DNA of 64,000 nt from Leucoraja ocellata (Eukaryota): the NCBI GenBank assembly GCA_036785375.1, contig JAWMAR010000115.1, positions 4,154,001 through 4,218,000 of the forward strand, written 5' to 3'. The position numbers were made by a program, and so were the translations under genes. Positions 51,801 through 60,800 of this stretch are shown here, in pieces. The notes below the pieces were generated by a model. The model ran no database searches. It had not been told where the DNA came from and worked only from the letters and a program-made list of their open reading frames with translations. Position 1 is the stretch's first letter, and each line of letters begins with the position of its first letter.

Positions 51801-54800
51801 GGAATATTTTGGAAGACCAAGAAACCAAGAACCAAGAATTGCCCTGAGTAATATAAGATAACATAGAACAAGAGTGAATGGGTGATCAACGTTTGGTGTG
51901 GACTATGGGCTGAAAGACCCGTTTCCATGCTTTCTAAATTAAACTAGACATCTCTATTCCTGTATTCTAACCCTTGCTTGCTGCATCTGCATTTTGACTT
52001 TCCTAGATTTGTGTACCAAAGTACCTTTTAATTTCAAAATTACCCATGACTTAAAAGGTATTATAATAATGTTTAAAATTAATTTTGTGCCCAGACTCCC
52101 ATGTGTCGGGTGATGTGACTGAAGAGCGCTGGCACATTGAGGACAGAGGTTGACTGGTGCCTCCTCCTTGTCCAATAACACAGTCACTACATTTCCAGCC
52201 CACCCTTCTTTAGTTCCTTTATCTACCCACTGTGGTGTCAATGGACACAAAACACAGGCCAAACTGTGTGGCCCTGAGCTGAACCCTGACACCTCAATAG
52301 ATTCAGTGGGGGGGGGAATGTCAGTGGGTCTGTTCATCCCCACTGAAGTTGGTGTAGCCAGACTGATCTTTTATGGACCCACTATGTTATTCTATGTCTG
52401 AGGTCCACCAGTGTGACTTCACTCACTGAGATAGGGAAGTGTAATCTGATAATGGGAACATCACAAGGTTGCTTTGAATCACTCATTGCACTACTCATAA
52501 AGTCATAGAGTCAAACAGCATGGAAATAGGCTCTTTGGCACAACTTGCTCATGTCGACCAAGATGCCCCACCTACACTAGTCCGACCTGCCTGCCTTTGG
52601 TCCAGATCTCTCTACACCACTTTGAATCTCATTGATCTGTTTTTTACAGTTGAGGCAAGTCCACAGCACCCTCTGCTGGGCAGTGACATCACACTCAGCT
52701 GCACCATCTCCAGACTCTCAGATACAGTCAGTCTTCAGTGGAGACCAATGGATTCATCCCAGCAGAACAGGAGGGACACTGATCAGATCCGCCTGAATAA
52801 CACGGTCTATCTGATTGTTAAACATGTTACAGTTGAGGACGAGAAGCAGTTTGTGTGTGAAGTGCAGGAAAATGGAACCATTATTCACACAGAAAAAGCA
52901 CATTTTTCACTCATTCAGGGTAAGTGCTGTTACCACAAAAATTCTGATATCTAAGCATGGCATTTAAAATGAAATACAAGGATGTAGTTTCTGTGCAATG
53001 AGCCTAGGTTGGTTGAATGAGCCATATCCTTGATCATGTGATTTCTTGATCATACTCAAGGGTGAATGATGGACAACAACAACTCCTGCTCACAGTGGGG
53101 ATCCAGGAGAGCCAGATGCACGTCACCACTGAGCAAAAACTGCTCACTCTCTCTCCTCAGTGACCTTTCTCACTGAGAGTTGCTGCAGTTTGCAATGATT
53201 GTACCTGCGACTGTATCCTTGCACTTTGATGAGCCATCAGCCGGGAGCACGAGTCAAGAGTGTTTTAAAGAGTGTTTTAAAGAGTGTTTTATTGTTTTAC
53301 ACCCCAAAAGGAAACAATGAAATTCTTACTTGCGGCAGCCCAACATATATCTAAACATAGTACACAGTAAAAACCATATTAAACAACAAAAAAGTTCAGT
53401 ACATATATTAAAAAACAAATAACAACAATAATAGTGAAAATTCAAAGATAATGTCTCCAAGTCTAACTAGTTGTAGTATTTAATAGCCTGATGATTGTAG
53501 GAAGGAAGCTGCTCCTGAACCTGAACATTATAGTTCTCAGGCTCCTGTATCTTCTTCCCGATGGCAGGAGTGAAATGAGAGTGTGGTCAGGGTGGTGTGT
53601 GTTTCTGATGATTTTTTGAGGCAGCAAATCTTGTAGATCCCTTTGATGTTGGGGAAGTCCGTACCCATGATGGACTGGATAGTGTTCACCACCTTTTGCA
53701 AGGTGATGGGAATATCGAAAAAGTTTACAAACTTCCAAATGTTTTCATCTGCAGAATTTTATTAAGTAGAAGTTAAAACTCTGGGACAATTTCGTTAAAA
53801 GATACAAGTACCTTTCAGAGGAAAAACAAAAGTGGGATAAACAGACCAACCAAAGGCTGGTGTAATGTTCCATCCAGAGATTGCCAGAAAGAATATAAAT
53901 TTTACCTGGAGACTGGCTCCAGGCCGGAGGAGGAGCAATTTAAAGTAGAGAGCACCAATATCAATTGGTTTCACATTGTCCTGAGATGAATTTATAGCTC
54001 TGAACAACCTAATTGACAGATTGAATGGCCAATAAGCAGGTGTCTGCACCACAGGTAGAAAGCTTTAACACCAGGTTGGAGCATTGCGGGAATGAGCGAG
54101 ACATGGTGGAGTAATGGTGCTTGGGATGCAGTGGTTGCCTTGTGGTGAGGTGCAAAACATGGTGTTTGGGAAACTGGAACAAAGCTGTTGAACTAGACAC
54201 AAGGAACTACAAATGCTGAAATATTCAGCAAAAAATAGAAAGTTCATAAGAGCAGAATTAGACAATTTGGCCAATTGATTCTACTCTGCCATTCACGCAT
54301 GGCTGATCTATATTTCCCTCTCAACCCCATTCTACTGCCTTCTCCCCATAACCCTTGACACCCTTATTAATGAAGAACGTGTCAATCTCTGCTTTAAAAT
54401 ACCAAATGCTCTGCCTCCGCAGCCGACTGTGGCAATGAATTCCACAGCTTTTCCACCTTCTTCTAAAGGTACGTCCTGTTATTTGAGCCTTTGCTTTCTG
54501 ACCCCAGATTCTCCCACTAGTGGAACATGCTGTCCACATCCACTGGAATAACTAAGTGGGTCAGACAGCATCTTGTGAGAAGGTGGATAAGTGACATTTT
54601 ATGTCAGACTTCCAGACCTGAAACATCATCTATCAATGTTCTCCCCAGATGTTGCCTGACATGCTGAGTTACTCCAGTACGTTGTGTATTTTACTCAGGA
54701 TGCTGTCACAGTTGGGGTTGGTTGGTAAGGGCAAGGATGTGGCCTGTTTAAGTTATCCCAGGGCCCGAGAATCCAAGCTGCCTCTGGTTCTAAGCAATGG

Positions 54801-57800
54801 GGGATATCTTGTGATGATCCATGCTTAGCTTCTCCTGCAACTTATATCAGAAGATAGGCAAACTAGTCTAAACTACATGCCCAACCCCTGAACGGTCAAT
54901 CCTCAAATCAGCAGGAGCCTGCTGCAGTATTGTTCCTCTAGTGGAGCTCCATAAAGCCCAACATTTGGTTCTTGTGTCAGAGGAAGGTTGGGTAATGAAT
55001 TCCACTCATTTTGACAAAAAATCGATCAGTGAAGGTCAGTGATCAGGACAAGAAGTACGTTTGTAAAATAGTCGCCATTAAGTAATCGTCGGTTTTGATC
55101 TGTACCTCTGAAATACTAACATTGTTTTCCTGTCCTCTCTGCAGGTTTATATAAAAAGAGTTACACACTTTACCGCTCAGGCTCCGATCACAGTGAATTC
55201 CACATGATCTGTCAGTCTGTCACCTATTACAATCAAGCTACATGGACCCGAAGGGCTCCTTTTCAAAACGCGGGGAAAGAAATAGCATCAGCGTTGAAAT
55301 ACCGACAGATTAATTTCGACAGGACCTATTTTGGGAATCGACTAGTCTCTAAAGTGACAAATTTTAATGGCGTTAAGTTCAACGTGAGGATTGTCCCTGT
55401 ACTGTTTGAAGATGCAGGGCTTTACACATGTTTTCTGGAGTCAAATAGATTTGTGAATATTAAACTGATCACAGTTAAAGGTAGGAGACGGGAATGTTAT
55501 TACGGTTTTCAGAAGAAAATTCCATTGATTGAAATCTAAATAATTTTCTTGTTTTCAGTCACAGCTGAGCCGTCTGATGCATTGACTGAGGGAGACAACG
55601 TTACCCTGACCTGCTCTGTGTCTCACGTCACTGAGTCAATGAGACTTATTTGGATCAATGGTGATGGCAAAACTGTTGGAGAAAAGGCACTGACTGTGGA
55701 AGATAAATCACTGAGGCTGGTTATACAGAAAGCTGCGAGAGGTGGAGGGAACTGGAGATGCGGTTTGTTTATTGGACACCTTCCCCAGGTTTTTATCGCA
55801 TACTATGTGGAGCAGAGTGGTAAGTGACGCAGAGTTTGCTCTTTATAATTTAGTTTGGTTTCGTTCAGAGAAACAGTATGGAAACAGGCCCCTTTGGCCC
55901 AATGAGGCCACAGTGACCATAGATCACCTGTTCACGCAAGTTATTTGTTATCCCAACACACCTAGAGCAATTGTTTTTCAGAGGCCAATTACCCTACAAA
56001 TCCAAGATAGGCACACAATGCTGGAGTAACTCAGCGGGACAGGCAGCATCTCTGGATAGAAGGATTGTTCTATCACGAGATGCTGCCTGTCCCGCTGAGC
56101 TACTCCAGCATTTTGTGTCTATCTTCGGTTTAAACTAACTTTGGGATGTTGGAGGAAACCAGAGCATCTGGAGGAAACTCATGCAGTCATTGGAAGAACG
56201 TGCAACACTATCCACTGTGCCACTCTTAATATACTCAGAATGTCATTCAAATATTCTTATTACTTACCAAGGGTGGCACGGTGGCACATCTACCTTACAG
56301 CACCAGAGATCTGGGTTCGATCCTGACCTCGGGTGCTGACCCCGCGTCCTCCCGGCCCCGTTTCGTCAGCCCCTCATGTTACGCCCACCCCGCCTTTGCG
56401 GACCACACGTTCTGGTCATTCCATACGGGTCCCCGCTCGGTTCCGTACCTCGGGTTCTGGGGGGGGGGTCCTTTAGCGGCACCTACTGGTGCCTGTAGGT
56501 AGTCGAACCCCTTCCCACAATCATGTGACTGTGGGGAGGGGTTTTTGTTTTTGCCCGTTTTCTGGGCAAGCCCCATTCATTCTTTTGAGCACCGTCGTGG
56601 TAAGAACTTTTGTGTTTAGCTGTTGTATGATCGCCGTTGTTTTCACCACTTTAACAATAAAGCTCGTTTGGAAATCAACCATCTCGACTCACAAAAACAT
56701 TTTCTTTCTTCTCTGCCAATCTCACTGAGTGAGATTGGAGTTTCATCCCTTCCCTTTTCACTGAGAGTTGGTGCACTGTGGGGACCGTGGGGCCATTCAG
56801 CATCTCTTAAATATATGGGGATGGCATTTGGGAAGGCACCAGGCAGATCAATGGAAGGGTACAATCAAGCATATTTAGATATTTATTTTTCAGTGGAAAA
56901 AAAAGTCAAAGGAAACTATTTCTTCTCCATTTCACTGATTAATGGCTCTCATTGAGTTTTGTGACTGCAGTTTCCCTTTTAAAACAAATCAGTTCCTTTA
57001 TGCAGCTTTCTTTAATCAGATAAAACACAGGTTAAAACATAGCAGATTGCTTATACATATATCTCTTTCTCTTACTCGTGTTCGTTAACTGGGGCATTGA
57101 AAACTCGAATCAGGAAGTCATAATGCAACTCTGAAGAAGGCTCTATATAAGGGTCTCAACCTGAAACGTCACCTATTCCTTTTCTCCAGAGATGCAGTCT
57201 GACCCGCTGAGTTACTCCAGCTTTTTGTATCTATTGTCAGTTTCAACCAGCATCGGCGGATTCCTTCCTACACATGCAACTCTGCAATCTTTGGTCACAC
57301 CGCATTTGGGGTATTATATGCAGTTCTGGTTGCCCTACTACTAGAAGGATGTGGAGGCTTTGGAGAAGTTGCAGACGTTTAACAGGATGCTGCTTTGATT
57401 AGGGGGTATTAGCTCCAAGAAGAGGTTGGACAAACTTGGATTGTTTTCTCTGGAACACCATAGGTTGAGAGAAGACCTGATACAAGTATATAAAATTAGG
57501 CATAGTTCAGGTAGAAAGTCAGAATCTTTTCTCCAGGGCAGTAATGTCAAAGCTTTATTGGAAGAGTGGCAAGGTTTAAAAGGGATGTGCATGGCAAGTA
57601 TTTTACACAGAGGTGTCTGGAACACACTGCTAGGTGTTGATGGAAGCAGACACGATAGTGGCATTTAAGAGGACTTTGGATAGGCACAGGGATACGCAGG
57701 GAATGGAAGGATATTGATCATGATCACTCAGATGAGTTCAGTTTAGCTTGGCATCACAGACTTTACAGACTGAAGGAACTGTTTCTGTGCTGGACTTTTC

Positions 57801-60800
57801 TATGTTCTATTATAATCAGGAAATGACTGATTAACTGGATGACTCATTTGCCTAATATGGATGTGCTCTGAAACTTGAAATCTGAATTATTAATAAAACT
57901 GGTCTGAGAACAATTTTTCCACAGCATGAATTATTACTTGAAATAGATTGAGAAATTGCTTGCGTTAAAAGCCCTGATTCTTTTCCTTGCAGGAATTGGA
58001 AATTCGATTTACTTTTACCACCAGGAAGGCAACTTTGTATTGAAAGGACCAGACAGTCCTGGAAATGGTCCCATTGACTGGGAATGGAGGCCACACTCAG
58101 GGCAACAAACCACAAAGCAATTGGCCACTTTTCACAGAGATGATCAGCAGTGGGCCGTACAATGGAGTGATGAGTACAATCAAATACCAGGCATTTCCCA
58201 GAGGGTGCGTGCAGACTGGGGTACCCTTAATCTGAGGATCAGGAAGCCCACCTTTGAACTTGCGGGGCTATACACCTGGACTCAGACACAGTCCGGTGGG
58301 AAAATCCTAAAACAGTGGGAATTATTTGGGATCAAAGGTAAGTTTGACAAGAAATATAAAAGGTTCAAGAACGCAACATTTTGTTAGTAATACCACAGGT
58401 TCCCTCAGCACACATTTGGATTCCAATTAGAGATACAGGTCAGAATAGATCTTATTTAAAATATTACACACAGTCAGATTGATAACCTTGCATAGCGCCC
58501 GAGGTCTGGACGAAGCCCTGAAAGGGGTACAGTGTTTCAGCTGATAGAGCGGCCGTCTCACAGTGCAGGATAGACTCTGGTTCGATCCTGACCTGAGTTG
58601 CTTGCTGTCTGCGTGGAATTTGCACGTTCTCCGTGCATCGGTTTCCTCCAACATCCTAAAGATGTGCAGGTTTGTAGGTTAATTGGTCTCTCTAATATTG
58701 CCCTGGCATGCAGGGAGTGGATGAGAAAGTGGGATAATATAGAACCAGAGTGAATGGGTGATCCATAGTTGGTATGGACTTAACGAACAGAAGGGTCTGT
58801 TGCCAAGCTATATCTCTAAAATAAACAAAGCTAAATGTTTTATCCAACATTCTGCCTGCAGCAGTTCAGAAAGCTGGTGGCGAACGTAACCACATGTCAT
58901 GTGTTTGTTTCCACAGTTGAGGCAGACTCACCGAGCCCAGTAATGGGCAGTGACATCACCCTCAGCTGTACCATCTCCAGACTCCCAGATACCGTCAGTC
59001 TTCATTGGAAACCAAGAGGCTCATCTCAGCAGAACAGGAGGAACAACACTGATCAGATCCGTCTGATTAACACCGTCCATCTGATGGTCCAACATGTTGG
59101 AGCAGGAAATCCCAATCTGTACACATGGGAAGTGCAGAGAAATAGCTCCATTGTTCTCACTGGAGACACCAATGTTGAAGTGGATCAGGGTGAGTCCAAA
59201 GCTGCCTTGCATTTGAGGTTGGGGTTGATAAGACCAGAGATAAGACAGAGGTGTGAAACAGGTTCCCCCCAGGATCAGTCTAAAGAAGGGTCTCCACCCG
59301 AAACATCGCCTATTCCTTTTCTCCAGAGATGCTACATGACCCGTTGAGTTACTCCATCATTTTATGTCTATCTTCACTTTAACCAGCATTTGGAGTTCCT
59401 TCCTACATGATTTATTTCAATTCACAGCTATGAATTAAAAGGAATACATATTTTTTAATAATAATTTCAGTTTGAGTTTCAAATCAAACAGAGAAATACA
59501 AAGAACTTAAGTGTCTCAATAAAGGCATTGCAATGTTAAGGTCTTCACTGAGACTATCGCCTGCTGTCAGTCACTCACCAAAGAGAACAGGGTGTCCATA
59601 TATGACAGGTGATTTCATCCTGTCCATTATCTGATGAGCTGCATATTAATGTTAGAACATACTGCGGTTCTTGAGAAATTTGATCAAACATCTCTTGTTA
59701 ATGCAAGATTAACAATGAATTGTTAACTATTTTAGTTCAAATGAAAAACCCAAACAAATCAAAGGTGCCAAATACAATAGTTGAGACCATTAGAGATGAC
59801 AGAATCCTAACACCATGTAACAGATTGCTTATTATCTCCAGTCCACCAGCATCACTTTGCCTGGCCTGTGTCTGGGGAAATGGACTTTGTTCCACAGCCT
59901 GGCATTTGAACAATGGGCACCTGGACCAGCAGCCGATGTATTCCAGCTCCCAGTCGACTTCCCTGTCCCAGTGCAGCCCTCCCAGCTGACGTCCCAGAGT
60001 CGGGGGTTTGTCCCTGTGGAAACTCAGAACATCTGTATCTCAGCATCTGTGGAAATCTAATTATTTTTTTTCCTGACCCTCTCTTGCAGATTTACACAGT
60101 AAGGCGTACACAGTTTATCGCTCAGTCACAGATCACAGTGAACTCGACCTGATTTGTGAAGCTTCTCCTGAGCTCAGTGAAACCAAATGGACTTGGAGAT
60201 CACAAAATTTCCAGAATCAAGAAAAAGAAATAGCTTATTCTCACAGGTCTGAGCCGATCCATGTGAACAGGAGCTACTTTGGTAATCGAATGGAAACCAC
60301 AGAGGGAAATGTGAATGGCAAGAATTTCAGTGTGAGGATTGTCCCTGTGCGATTAGCAGATGCCGGAGTTTACACATGTTCCATGGGATCAAATAAATAT
60401 GTGACCATTGAACTAATCACAGTTACAGGTAAGAAAAGATTCCAAGATACAATTTATTTGTCATTTGGACCCCTTGAGGTCCAAACGAAATGACGTTTCT
60501 GCAGCCATACATTACAAACAAATAGACCCAAGACACAACATAATTTACATATACATCCATCACATTGCTGTGATGGAAGGCCAAAAAAACTTATCTCTCC
60601 ACTGCACTTGGAGATCAAAAGAAAGAATGTTCCATTAGTTTCCTGTTGTTAAGTCATTTAGTTTGGTTTGGAAAAACAAACCAAAGTCATTGAGAGAAGG
60701 TTAACACTTTAGGAATTACCAAACACAGTATTACAAATGTTTCTTTCTCTCCATCACCACACCAAAGCTTTACTTTAAAGGTTTACATATGTTGCTGTAG

